A stretch of 64,000 nt of DNA, from NCBI GenBank assembly GCA_965242965.1, contig OZ251518.1:5088001-5152000 (forward strand). Reading direction: 5' to 3'. The notes below the pieces were generated by a model. That model made no database searches, had not been told where the DNA came from, and saw only the letters and a list, made by a program, of their open reading frames with translations. The stretch comes from Candidatus Poribacteria bacterium (lineage in GTDB: Bacteria > Poribacteria > WGA-4E > WGA-3G). A program made the position numbers and the translations under genes. Of this stretch, positions 1-9,320 are shown one piece after another (the stretch's first letter is position 1; each line of letters starts with the position of its first letter).

Positions 1-817
1 GCGCGTCAAAGATGCCGGTGTGAAACACGCCTTCGCCGCGACGCATCTGTATGACCCGAGCGTGGTGTATGTCCGACACCTGATTACGCAGCAACGGTGC
101 ATCGGCGAACTCAAAGAGGTCGATATTGGATACACCCGCCGACTTCCGGGAACTCCGACGAACAAAGTGAAGCCGTGGAATTGGATGAGTTCCCTTGCGC
201 ACGGCGGCGGCGCGCTCAACAATGGGCTCACGCATCAACTCGGTATGCTTGAAAAGATGACCGGGGCGAAAGTGATTTCCGCTGTTGGTGAGGCGCGATT
301 CGCGCCGAGAAAAGCACCTGTTATGCCAGAGATACGCGACTTTCGGGTGTGGCGTAGCAGAATGATTACGATGGAAGAAGCCTCTAAATTGCAGTGGCGC
401 GAGTGCGACGCGGAGGTGGGATATTCAGCACTCTTCAAATTAGGAGGAACGGAGAATCCTGTCCTCGTGACGATGCGGCCGAAGCCGGGTGCGCCGACGC
501 AATCCCCGACTGGCGGCTGGTATTTCTACGGGACAGAAGGCACACTTGTCGGACGAGGCGGACACATCTTATCGCCGATTACCCAACACCGCGGGGATGC
601 GGTAGAGGAATTATCTATTCCGCAGGCGTTTTCGGATGCCCTTCCGCGCATCGGCGATGACATCCAAAACAAGTGGACCGCGCTCGTCCGCGACTTCCTC
701 GCCGACATCCAGAATTGTCCCCATGAACCGTATCTAACGCTTCATGATGGGTGGCGTTATCAAATTGCTATTGATGCAATTCGGGGGCGCGCGGGGTGGA
801 CAGAGGTCCCTGTCTGA
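1..817 (+). CDS. Gfo/Idh/MocA family oxidoreductase, C-terminal part (5' truncated by window)
   Basis: IGELKEV, GGGALNNGLTHQL, YFYGTEGTL and a terminal DGWRYQIAIDAI helix typical of the family. Confidence 0.75.
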   Translation, partial: RVKDAGVKHAFAATHLYDPSVVYVRHLITQQRCIGELKEVDIGYTRRLPGTPTNKVKPWNWMSSLAHGGGALNNGLTHQLGMLEKMTGAKVISAVGEARFAPRKAPVMPEIRDFRVWRSRMITMEEASKLQWRECDAEVGYSALFKLGGTENPVLVTMRPKPGAPTQSPTGGWYFYGTEGTLVGRGGHILSPITQHRGDAVEELSIPQAFSDALPRIGDDIQNKWTALVRDFLADIQNCPHEPYLTLHDGWRYQIAIDAIRGRAGWTEVPV

Positions 818-869
818 AGCAGGATTCACAAGATTGGCAGGATAATATCCCTCGCTGCGCCGTTTTCAC

Positions 870-1500
870 CGTAGCGCGGGGGCCTGTCCCCCGCGATCGC
901 TCAGGCAAACCTAAAACCATCCGTAGCCCGAGGCCCCGGCGGTTTCTGTCCCGTCCGATGCGTGGCGAGGGACAGGCCCTCGCCCTACGGGAAGGGGCGC
1001 GATTTGAGCATGGCGAGCGATTGCTCAGGCAAAAACAAAAGCCGCCGTTTTCACCGTAGCGCGGGGGCCTGTCCCCCGCAATCGTTCAGGCAAACCGGAA
1101 ACTGTCCATAGCCCCGAGGTCCTCGGCGGTTTCTGTTACGTCCGGTGCATGGCGAGGGACAGGCCCTCGCCCTACGGTATGGAGCGCGATTTTGGCATGG
1201 CGAGCGATTGCTCAGGCAAAAACAAAAGCCGCCGTTTTCACCGTAGCGCGGGGGCCTGTCCCCCGCAATCGCTCAGACAAACCGCAAACCATCCGTAGCC
1301 CCGAGCCCCCCGGCGGTTTCTGTCCCGTCCGATGCATGGCGAGGGACAGGCCCTCGCCCTACGGTATGAGAAGCGATTTTGGCATGGCGAGGGACAGGCC
1401 CTCGCCCTACGGTATGGAGCGCGATTTGAGCATGGCGAGGGACAGGCCCTCACCCTACGGTAAGGAAAAGCAATTTGGTCAAATGGCGCGGGACAGGTTT
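870..1500. repeat. Cluster of REP-like GTAG-hairpin repeats
   Basis: Multiple GTAGCGCGGGGGCCTGTCCCCCGC and inverted GGCGAGGGACAGGCCCTCGCCCTAC copies. Confidence 0.9.
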
Positions 1501-1539
1501 CCCGCGTCCGACACGAATGATAAATCAAAGGAAGCGAAC

Positions 1540-2367
1540 ATGCAAACCCACGAACACCCCAACTCCCAGGTCCAAGCATACATCAACAACGGCTATCTGA
1601 TGCTGCCAGACATCATCACACCCGAAGAATGTGACAAACTCAAGGCAGAAATGCTGAAGATTTTCCGCGGCGACTATGCATGTGAGGCGATTCCGCCGAT
1701 GCCCGAAACCGCTACCGAAACCGAAGTCCTTGACAGGATTATGTGCGTCGGTGAACCGCACGTTTTGAGTCCCCTCGTGCGCCATTACGTTGCGCATCCG
1801 AAAATTTGTGAAGTACTACAGGAGATAGTCGGCGCGCACATCCCGTTTTGGGATGGCGGCGTGAAATGCATGCAATCGATGATGCTCAGCAAAGTGCCGG
1901 GGCATACCGGTAACCCGTGGCATCAGGATGAACACCCCATCCCAACCCGCGACCGGTCACTTATCGGTGTTTGGATGACGCTGGACGATGCGACGCTTGA
2001 AAACGGCTGTCTCTGGGTGCTACCGCATAGCCATCGCACTGGCATAATTTACGACAGGTTTCCGCACAACAAACGCGATGAATTTGATAGTTGTCACGAG
2101 GCACGCGGTTTTGACGACAGTGCCGAGATGCCAATTGAAATGAAGGCAGGTAGCGTTCTCTTTTTCAACGGCTATCTGCTACACCGGTCCAAAAAGAATC
2201 GGAGCAACACGTTCCGGCGCATCCTGGTCAGCCACTACTGCTCAACGGCATCGTGGTTAGGATGGAAAGGACAGCGGAACTACCGCGGTATCGTCACCGT
2301 CTCTGGCGACGATCCCTACGCCGATGAAGGCACCGTCACGCCGAACGTCTGGGCGCGATGGGAGTGA
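1540..2367 (+). CDS. Phytanoyl-CoA dioxygenase (PhyH) family Fe(II)/2OG enzyme
   Basis: PWHQD, WMTLDDATLENGCLWVLPHSH and LLHRS motifs; likely start ATG 1540 after AAGGAAG, upstream ORF extension is translated repeats. Confidence 0.9.
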   Translation: MQTHEHPNSQVQAYINNGYLMLPDIITPEECDKLKAEMLKIFRGDYACEAIPPMPETATETEVLDRIMCVGEPHVLSPLVRHYVAHPKICEVLQEIVGAHIPFWDGGVKCMQSMMLSKVPGHTGNPWHQDEHPIPTRDRSLIGVWMTLDDATLENGCLWVLPHSHRTGIIYDRFPHNKRDEFDSCHEARGFDDSAEMPIEMKAGSVLFFNGYLLHRSKKNRSNTFRRILVSHYCSTASWLGWKGQRNYRGIVTVSGDDPYADEGTVTPNVWARWE

Positions 2368-2382
2368 GAGATTATCCACTGC

Positions 2383-5175
2383 CTACTTCAAAATCACCAT
2401 CCGCCGCGTCGTCTGGAAATCACCAGCAATAAACGTATAAAAATAAATTCCGCTCGCGACGCGGATGCCGGATGCGTCTTTTCCATCCCAATATGCCGCC
2501 TTCTCGCGACTCCGATAACTACCCGGTGCCTGTAACCCCAGAGCCAAGTGCCGCACCAGCCGCCCATGCACATCGTAAATACGCACTGTCACCTCCGCCG
2601 GTTCCGCCAAATGGTAAGGGAGCCATGTCTCAGGGTTGAACGGGTTCGGATAATTTTGGAAGATGGTGGTCCGTTTGATGCTGCCCAGCGTGGTGAGCGT
2701 CCGATCTGCGGCATCAACAGCAAAGGGCACCTCTTCGGAACGGAACCCGAGGTCGATCGGGTTATAGACGAAGGCGGAGCCGGCATTATCGCCCGCGCTA
2801 TCATTGCCAGCGGAGCCGACGATGGCAAACGCGCCGCGAATCCCAACCGATGCCCCAAACCGGTCTGCCCGGTTCGTCCCACTCGCAACGATCCGCCGTT
2901 TCTGAATCCACGACAAATCTTCCAGCAAAAAGGAATACGCTGAACCTTTGTCTACCTCAATGCTCGGGTCGATGCCTTCACCAAGCGGATGGTCATCCTT
3001 CCAAGCACCGACTAGCGCGGTGTCTTCATGAATCGCCACAGCGGAGCCGAATTCATCACCCGCTTCACCACCGAGAGCGGCAAGTTTCGCCTGCTGCACC
3101 CACGTGGTATTCGTCTTGACAAAGATGTAGGCGGCACCCATGTCCTCTTCATGCCTGTCCTCCTTCGGCGCGCCGATGATAGCGGCACCTTCCGTCAGAG
3201 CCACCGCATAGCCGAATGTATCGCCGACACCAATATCGTTTGGAATGAGGACGAGTTCCTCACTCCATGAATTCCCGCTGCGAGTAAACAGATAAGTCAC
3301 CCCAGAATCCGGGCCAGTCGCATCACTCAAAGGTGTGCCTGCGAGAACAGTGTCGCCATGAACAGCGACAGAAAAACCGAACCGGTCGCCTTGCACGGCG
3401 TTCCGCTGTGTCAGTTTCGCTTGTTGCGTCCAATTCGTGCCATTTCGGACGAAAATGTAGATTGCACCGGAATCAGGACCTGCTTCGTCTTTCCCGTGCG
3501 CGCCAATCACGACAGTGTCTTCATGCAAGGCGACGCTTGAACCGAACCGGTCGAAAATGCCGATATCCGCGCCGATCAGTTTCGCTTGTTGGACCCACTC
3601 GTCGCCCGCGCGGACGAAAACATAGGCAGCCCCGGACTCCGGCCCCGCGTCGTCAACCCCAATCGCGCCGATAACGACGGTTTCACCAGCCAGCGCGATT
3701 GTGCTCCCAAACAGATCTCCCGGCTGCGCATCGGCAGCGGTGATTTTTGCACGTTGGAGCCATAAGGAACTGCTCCGCTCAAAAACATAAGCAGCCCCCG
3801 CGTTCGGCGCGACATCGTCATCTTGCTGCGCGCCGGAAATGGCGAGATTGCCATCAATCGCAACCGCTATCCCAAACTGGTCTTCGGACGCAGTCTCGCC
3901 ATCGCTCAACTTAACCGTTTCTACCCACGTCGCATCCTCGCGCTGTTGAAAAATATAGGCAGCACCAGACGAAAGTCCACCCGCGCTGTGCTTCGGCGCG
4001 CCCGTGATAACTTCCGTGCCGCTGATAGCTACCGAAAATCCCACCTGGTCTCCAGCACGTCTATCGCCGGTAGCAAGTTTCGTGTGTTGATTCCAAAATG
4101 GGGGTTCATTGCGCGTGAAGACATAGGCTGCGCCGACAGGTTCATCGCCGACAATGCCCCCGGTCGCGCCGATGACAGCAATATCTCCCTCAATAGCAAC
4201 GGAAGTGCCGAAGCTGGTTGCACCATCCGGATCGATGGGAATCATCCGGATGCGGACACGGTTTCTCTGTTGCACCCATCGCTCGCCACTGCGCTCAAAA
4301 ATGTAAGCCGCACCGCTGCTTTGCAAGCCGCGACTTTTATTATACGGCGAACTGACAATCGCAAAATCGCCGTCAACGTCCACGGCATACCCAAATCTAT
4401 CCCCCTCTTTGGTGTTATTGCCGATGAGTTTCGCTTGGTGCGTCCATTGGAATCCGGTGCGGACGAAAACGTGGGCGGCACCCGCATCGATGCCTTCCTC
4501 TTTATCACGAATTACTCCAACGATGGCAGTATTGGCATCCAATCCAACAGAAAAGCCGAAGTATGAGAAATGCGACGCGTCGGGAGCAGTGAGCTTCGCT
4601 GTCTGATTCCAGACCGCGCCGATGCGTTCAAAAACGTAGACAGCACCTGAATCGGCAAACCTTTCTGAATTCGCACGATGCGCACCGACCAAGACGGTGC
4701 TTCCGTCTATCGCGACAGAGATACCGAAATAGTCGCCGCGCGTCTCGTCAGCCGCACTCAGCTTTGCCTGCTCCACCCACTCCGTGCCTTGTCGGACAAA
4801 AATGTAGGTCGCACCGGAACGTCTGCCGGCTCCCGATTTCCTCGGCGCGCCGACGATAACGTAATTTCCGCTCACAGCGAGGGTCGCGCCGAACTCGTCG
4901 TTGTCTTCTGCATCGCTGGCGTGCAGTTTCTGATGCTGAACCCACCCAGTCTCGCTTCGGAAGAAAATTTGGACTGAGCCGGCGTTTCTGCCGTTGTCGG
5001 TATCATCTTTCGGCACGCCGACGAGCGCGTAATCGCCGCTGATGCCGACACTCGCGCCGAGATTGTCGTGGAGGACAGCCGCACTCGTGTTGAGCTGCAC
5101 CCTATCCGCGCCGCTGTGTGTCGCGAAACTCATGCATAAAAAAAGAGTAAGTATCCCCGTTTGCAGTCTATTCAC
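2383..5175 (-). CDS. Secreted FG-GAP repeat beta-propeller protein with C-terminal FlgD-Ig/T9SS-like domain
   Basis: About 14 FGxSVAI..GA...GAAYVF repeats; signal peptide from GTG 5175 after GGAGG; C-terminal FQNYPNPFNPETWLPY..WDGKD..VASGIYFY. Confidence 0.9.
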   Translation of the reverse strand: MNRLQTGILTLFLCMSFATHSGADRVQLNTSAAVLHDNLGASVGISGDYALVGVPKDDTDNGRNAGSVQIFFRSETGWVQHQKLHASDAEDNDEFGATLAVSGNYVIVGAPRKSGAGRRSGATYIFVRQGTEWVEQAKLSAADETRGDYFGISVAIDGSTVLVGAHRANSERFADSGAVYVFERIGAVWNQTAKLTAPDASHFSYFGFSVGLDANTAIVGVIRDKEEGIDAGAAHVFVRTGFQWTHQAKLIGNNTKEGDRFGYAVDVDGDFAIVSSPYNKSRGLQSSGAAYIFERSGERWVQQRNRVRIRMIPIDPDGATSFGTSVAIEGDIAVIGATGGIVGDEPVGAAYVFTRNEPPFWNQHTKLATGDRRAGDQVGFSVAISGTEVITGAPKHSAGGLSSGAAYIFQQREDATWVETVKLSDGETASEDQFGIAVAIDGNLAISGAQQDDDVAPNAGAAYVFERSSSLWLQRAKITAADAQPGDLFGSTIALAGETVVIGAIGVDDAGPESGAAYVFVRAGDEWVQQAKLIGADIGIFDRFGSSVALHEDTVVIGAHGKDEAGPDSGAIYIFVRNGTNWTQQAKLTQRNAVQGDRFGFSVAVHGDTVLAGTPLSDATGPDSGVTYLFTRSGNSWSEELVLIPNDIGVGDTFGYAVALTEGAAIIGAPKEDRHEEDMGAAYIFVKTNTTWVQQAKLAALGGEAGDEFGSAVAIHEDTALVGAWKDDHPLGEGIDPSIEVDKGSAYSFLLEDLSWIQKRRIVASGTNRADRFGASVGIRGAFAIVGSAGNDSAGDNAGSAFVYNPIDLGFRSEEVPFAVDAADRTLTTLGSIKRTTIFQNYPNPFNPETWLPYHLAEPAEVTVRIYDVHGRLVRHLALGLQAPGSYRSREKAAYWDGKDASGIRVASGIYFYTFIAGDFQTTRRMVILK

Positions 5176-5797
5176 ACTTGCCTCCTGCCGCGAGTTGACA
5201 AATCGCCTGGCCTTTGTCATCGCCATACCACAAGTGGGTGCCGTCCCATGTGAGGCCGTGCGGCTCGGTCGGACAAGAGACTGCATCCAAAGTTTCACCG
5301 GTATCGGGATGGACGCGATAAATTGCCCAGGCATTCGTGTCCACGTTCCAGAGTGCTTCGCCGTCCCAAGCGAGTCCGTGCGCGCGCCCACCGGGAGTCG
5401 GCAATTCCGCGAGAATCTCTCCTGTCTCCGGACACTGCTTCACGAACCGACTCGTGTTCATGTCTACACTCCAGAGATGCTCGCCATCCCATGCCAATCC
5501 GTGCGGGCCCTCCCCAGGCGAAGGAAAGGTTGTGACGACTTCCAATGCCGGCACCGTCAGTTTGTAAAAGGTCTGCTGCCAGATGCTGTTGTACCAGAGA
5601 TATTCGCCATCCCATTCCAACCCCGAGCTGCCCGGATACGGTGGTGTAAGCGTGAGCAAAACTTCACCGGTTTCCGGTTCGATTTTGTGGACGGGACCAG
5701 GTCCTTCAACACTCCAGAGAAATTCTCCCTGCCACGCGAGCCCGTTAGTGCCAGCACCAGGGGCGGCAAATTGATGTGCAATGATTCCTTTGTGCAT
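5168..5797 (-). CDS. Small beta-propeller protein with GLAWDGExLW repeats (glutaminyl cyclase/Vgb-like)
   Basis: Five PHGLAWDGEHLW-type repeats; GGAGG RBS; overlaps the downstream gene by 8 bp. Confidence 0.7.
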   Translation of the reverse strand: MHKGIIAHQFAAPGAGTNGLAWQGEFLWSVEGPGPVHKIEPETGEVLLTLTPPYPGSSGLEWDGEYLWYNSIWQQTFYKLTVPALEVVTTFPSPGEGPHGLAWDGEHLWSVDMNTSRFVKQCPETGEILAELPTPGGRAHGLAWDGEALWNVDTNAWAIYRVHPDTGETLDAVSCPTEPHGLTWDGTHLWYGDDKGQAICQLAAGGKCE

Positions 5798-5889
5798 TGT
5801 TCTTATCCTCCCTACAAACGCAGGACTTTTCGTTTTCCATCCGCTCCCCTATCTGTCTTTACTGTGTCTACAAAAATTTAAACGTTCGG

Positions 5890-7197
5890 CTACAAACCCG
5901 CCAACGCCTCCTGAATTTCTGCGATAACCATCGGTTCGTTTTCAACGGCTAACCGAGTTTGCAGCAGCTTCGCGGCTGTCTCGCCGCCAATTTGCCCGAC
6001 TGCCCATGCGGCGTGACTCCGAACGAGGGGTTCGTCGTCAGTTAATGCGATTTTGAGCGCGGGCAACGCTTTGCGCGCCCCCCAATTGCCGATAGCGACA
6101 AGCACATTCCGCAAGAATCCGCGGCGTTTGGCACGCTTGATAGGACTGCCTTTAAACCGCCGGCTGAACTCTATCTGTGTCATGTTGACAAGCGATAGCA
6201 ACTCCGGTGCGAGATTACCCTCGCGCGGGTGGAACGCCGATTCAGTTGTAGGCACTGCCTTGCTGTTCCACGGGCAAACCTCTTGGCAGATGTCGCATCC
6301 AAAGATAAGGTTCCCCATTTTCGGGCGAAGTGCTGTCGGGATGCTTGCCTTTAACTCAATAGTGAGATAAGAGATGCACAAACGCGAATCCAAGACGTTC
6401 GGTGCAACAATCGCGTCTGTCGGGCATGCCTCGATGCATCGGGTGCAGGTGCCGCAACTGCCTCGCGGTAATGCCGGTGTCTCGTATCTGTCATCATCCC
6501 CGTAGCGCGGGGGCCTGTCCCCCGCGATCTGCCGAACGGTTCCATCATCCCCGTAGCGCGGGGGCCTGTCCCCCGCGATCTGCACAGGCCACTGAGATTC
6601 CACCGTCAATTCCAACGGAACATTAACAAGCACCTCAGCCAGAAAATACCACGAACCAGAACGCCAATTGATGAGATTCGTATTCTTGCCTATCCAACCG
6701 AGTTGTGCCTTCTGTGCATATTCCCTCTCCAGAATTGGTGCAGTATCTACACAGATGCGGCTGTCGGGTTCGGTTTCAGCAAACCGCTGCCGAATAAATT
6801 CAACGAGTTGCCGAAGGCGTTCGCGGATAACTTCGTGATAGTCGTCACCCCAGGCGTAGCGCGAGATTTGCCCGCGCCCCGGGTCTTCCGCCAGGAGTTG
6901 AGGAGTGTCTAGCGTGTAATAATTCATCGCGAGACTGATGACTGATTTCGCCTCCGCGAGGAGCCGCCTCGGGTCTTCCTTGAGCGGCAGATGTCTCTCA
7001 AGGTAGTCCATCTCCCCTGCGTATCCGTTTTCAAGCCAGTCCCGGTAACGCTGGAGAGTCTGGCTCCGTTCCGCCGGTGTAATCCCGACGAGCGCGAAAC
7101 CGAGTTCGTGGGCGCGCCGCTGGATCTGGTGTGTCAACGAGAGAGTAGCAGGATTTCCAAGATTTCTAGGATTTCCAGGATTACGTTTTCTGTTCAC
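5890..7197 (-). CDS. queG: Epoxyqueuosine reductase QueG
   Basis: ISRYAWGDDYH, VDTAPILER, GWIGKN, CGTCTRCIEACPT, CISYLTIE, GCDICQEVCPWN and HEAT-like tail; contains an in-frame REP insert. Confidence 0.95.
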   Translation of the reverse strand: MNRKRNPGNPRNLGNPATLSLTHQIQRRAHELGFALVGITPAERSQTLQRYRDWLENGYAGEMDYLERHLPLKEDPRRLLAEAKSVISLAMNYYTLDTPQLLAEDPGRGQISRYAWGDDYHEVIRERLRQLVEFIRQRFAETEPDSRICVDTAPILEREYAQKAQLGWIGKNTNLINWRSGSWYFLAEVLVNVPLELTVESQWPVQIAGDRPPRYGDDGTVRQIAGDRPPRYGDDDRYETPALPRGSCGTCTRCIEACPTDAIVAPNVLDSRLCISYLTIELKASIPTALRPKMGNLIFGCDICQEVCPWNSKAVPTTESAFHPREGNLAPELLSLVNMTQIEFSRRFKGSPIKRAKRRGFLRNVLVAIGNWGARKALPALKIALTDDEPLVRSHAAWAVGQIGGETAAKLLQTRLAVENEPMVIAEIQEALAGL

Positions 7198-7212
7198 GGC
7201 CAGTCTCCTCGC

Positions 7213-7436
7213 GTCCTATCATCAACCAGGGTTATAGTTGAAGGAGATTGCGAGGGACAGGCCCTCGCACTACGATAAGTCCCATCAACTAGGGTTATGG
7301 TTGAAGAGATTGCGAGGGACAGGCCCTCGCACTACGATAAGTCCTATCATCAACTAGGAGTATAGTTGAAGGAGATTGCGAGGGACAGGCCCTCGCACTA
7401 CGATAAGTCCTATCATCAACTAGGAGTATAGTTGAA
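7213..7436. repeat. Tandem 62-66 bp units: pheA 3' end plus a REP hairpin
   Basis: About 3.5 copies of GTCCTATCATCAACTAGGAGTATAGTTGAAGGAGATTGCGAGGGACAGGCCCTCGCACTACGATAA. Confidence 0.9.
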
Positions 7437-8522
7437 AGCACCTCGCGGATATGAACCCAGACTCTTGACACTCCGACATAATTCTTCAAGCCGTTCCACA
7501 GCAGCGCGAACATGCGGTTCAGCGAGATGTCCATCCATCTCCACGAAGAAAATATATTCCCACGGTTCCGTGCGCGATGGCAAGGATTCTAGGTAACTCA
7601 TATTGAGCCCATGCTGCTGTAAAACGCCAAGCACCTGATACAGCGCGCCGACTTTATCACGAATCGTAAAAAAGAGGGATGTCCTGTCCGCGCCGCTCGG
7701 CTGCGCGTCGCACTCCCCGATAACGAAAAACCGAGTCGTGTTATTGGGCTCGTCCATGATGGAGTCGGCGACAACCGGCACCTGATAAATGTCGCTGGCC
7801 AGTTTGCTGGCGATGGCACCTGTCATCGGTTCCGCCGCCGCACGCTGTGCCGCGACAGAGGTGCTGACAACCTCTACCTGCTCCGTCGCTTTCATAAATC
7901 GGTTTAACCAGACACGACACTGCGCAAACGGCTGCGGATGCGAGTAAATCTTCTGGATTTCCGAGAGCGGCGACTTTGAAAGTAGGTGCTGTTTCACCGG
8001 TTGATAAATCTCGGCGCAAATCTTCAGCGGGGTGCCTTGGAAACGTTCCAACACATCGCGCACCGTCCCTTGCACCGAGTTTGCAATCGCTACCACCCCG
8101 TAGTCCGCGCGTCCCGCTTCGACTTCGGTGAAGATGTCGATTTGCGGCTGCACCGGGATGAGCGCAACCGATGAACCGAAATGACATAGACTCGCAAGGT
8201 GCCCGAAACTCCCGACAGGACCGAGGAACGCCACCCGTTCCGGGGCCTGCAGCGCGCGAGAAGCAGATAAAATCTCCGTCCAGACAGCCTCCACCGCAGC
8301 ATCGGAAAACGCCCCCTGTTCACCGTAGACTCGGTTGCACACCTTCAAGCGTTCAATAACTTCCCGATGTCGATGCGGAACATAGACGTTTGAGGTGCCT
8401 GCCTCTGTCTTGAAAGCACCTACCTGTTTAGAAATTTCCGCGCGTTTTTGTAACAGGGATAAAATCCTGTCGTCAATGTCGTTAATGGTGTCGCGATAAT
8501 TTTCGAGTTCAGAATTGTTCAT
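7416..8522 (-). CDS. pheA: Chorismate mutase / prephenate dehydratase
   Basis: N-terminal CM domain (RDTINDIDDRILSLLQKR), YSHPQPFAQC, NTTRFFVIG, ACT domain LESLPSR..WEYIFFVE. Confidence 0.95.
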   Translation of the reverse strand: MNNSELENYRDTINDIDDRILSLLQKRAEISKQVGAFKTEAGTSNVYVPHRHREVIERLKVCNRVYGEQGAFSDAAVEAVWTEILSASRALQAPERVAFLGPVGSFGHLASLCHFGSSVALIPVQPQIDIFTEVEAGRADYGVVAIANSVQGTVRDVLERFQGTPLKICAEIYQPVKQHLLSKSPLSEIQKIYSHPQPFAQCRVWLNRFMKATEQVEVVSTSVAAQRAAAEPMTGAIASKLASDIYQVPVVADSIMDEPNNTTRFFVIGECDAQPSGADRTSLFFTIRDKVGALYQVLGVLQQHGLNMSYLESLPSRTEPWEYIFFVEMDGHLAEPHVRAAVERLEELCRSVKSLGSYPRGAFNYTPS

Positions 8523-8562
8523 TTGATCTATCGTTTATCCGGTTTTCGGTTTGCGTGAGTGA

Positions 8563-9045
8563 TTGCGGGGGACAGGCCCCCGCGCTACGGTGCGAGTGGC
8601 GGCTGTCGTTGCATCCGGCGGAAAACCCCTCTTCTGTCCGTAGGGCGAGGGCCTGTCCCTCGCCATGCAGCGAACAGTTAAACCCCTCTTCTGTCCGTAG
8701 GGCGAGGGCCTGTCCCTCGCCATGCAGTGAAAGGCTAAACCCCTCTCGTGTCCGTAGGGCGAGGGCCTGTCCCTCGCCATGCATTGAGCGTGACAGAAAC
8801 CGTCTGGGCCCTCTGGGCTGCGGATGGGTTTCGCGCGGATCGAATGATCGCGGGGGACAGGCCCCCGCGCTACGGGGAAAACGGCGGCTTTCGTTGCATA
8901 CGGAAAAACCCCTGTCGCGTCCGTAGGGCGAGGGCCTGTCCCTCGCCATGCCCTGGGGCCCCCGAACGATCGCGGGGGACAGGCCCCCGCGCTACGGGCC
9001 AAGGACGGTATTCCTGTCCGTAGGGCGAGGGCCTGTCCCTCGCCA
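8563..9045. repeat. REP-like hairpin cluster
   Basis: Repeated CCGTAGGGCGAGGGCCTGTCCCTCGCC and GCGGGGGACAGGCCCCCGCGCTACG. Confidence 0.9.
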
Positions 9046-9053
9046 CTCTGAAC

Positions 9054-9299
9054 CTACGCATTGAGTTTCTGCATGGCGGCAATCATCTCCTCGTCTGAGG
9101 GATTGCTTTCCACCATCTCAACGAACGCATCAGCGGTTAACTTGTGTTCCTCCAGGAACATCTTATCCTGCGGTCACGGGTAGATATACTCACCGATGAT
9201 GCCCTGCCGTTTCGCATTGGCTTTATCGGCAATTCGGGCTAACCACGGGATATTCCCGATGATCATATCCCGATGCCTCGGTTTCCAATCGAGTGACAT
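9054..9299 (-). CDS. DUF5069-like small protein with in-frame UGA, probable selenoprotein (81 aa)
   Basis: AAAGGAGGT RBS, ATG 9299; MSLDWKPRHRDMIIGNIPWLARIADKANAKRQGIIGEYIYP-TGA(9176-9174)-PQDKMFLEEHKLTADAFVEMVESNPSDEEMIAAMQKLNA-TAG; absent from the ORF track. Confidence 0.8.
9145..9176 (-). promoter_or_regulatory. Candidate bacterial SECIS element
   Basis: UGA, 13 nt, then hairpin UGUUCC-UGGA-GGAACA with a G-containing apical loop 19 nt after the UGA. Confidence 0.65.
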
Positions 9300-9320
9300 G
9301 AATTTCACCTCCTTTCAGGT

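Noticed and set aside
796-1539. ORFs made of VARGPVPR / MARDRPSPYG peptides (also 8509-9082, 16928-17389, 21251-21948, 51528-51824, 58910-59149)
   Set aside because: Translations of repeat DNA, not genes
8630-8790. Regularly spaced repeats resembling a CRISPR array (also 1330-1460, 24906-25026, 40086-40243)
   Set aside because: Spacers are related to each other, repeats are dispersed in both orientations, and no cas genes or leader are present; these are REP arrays
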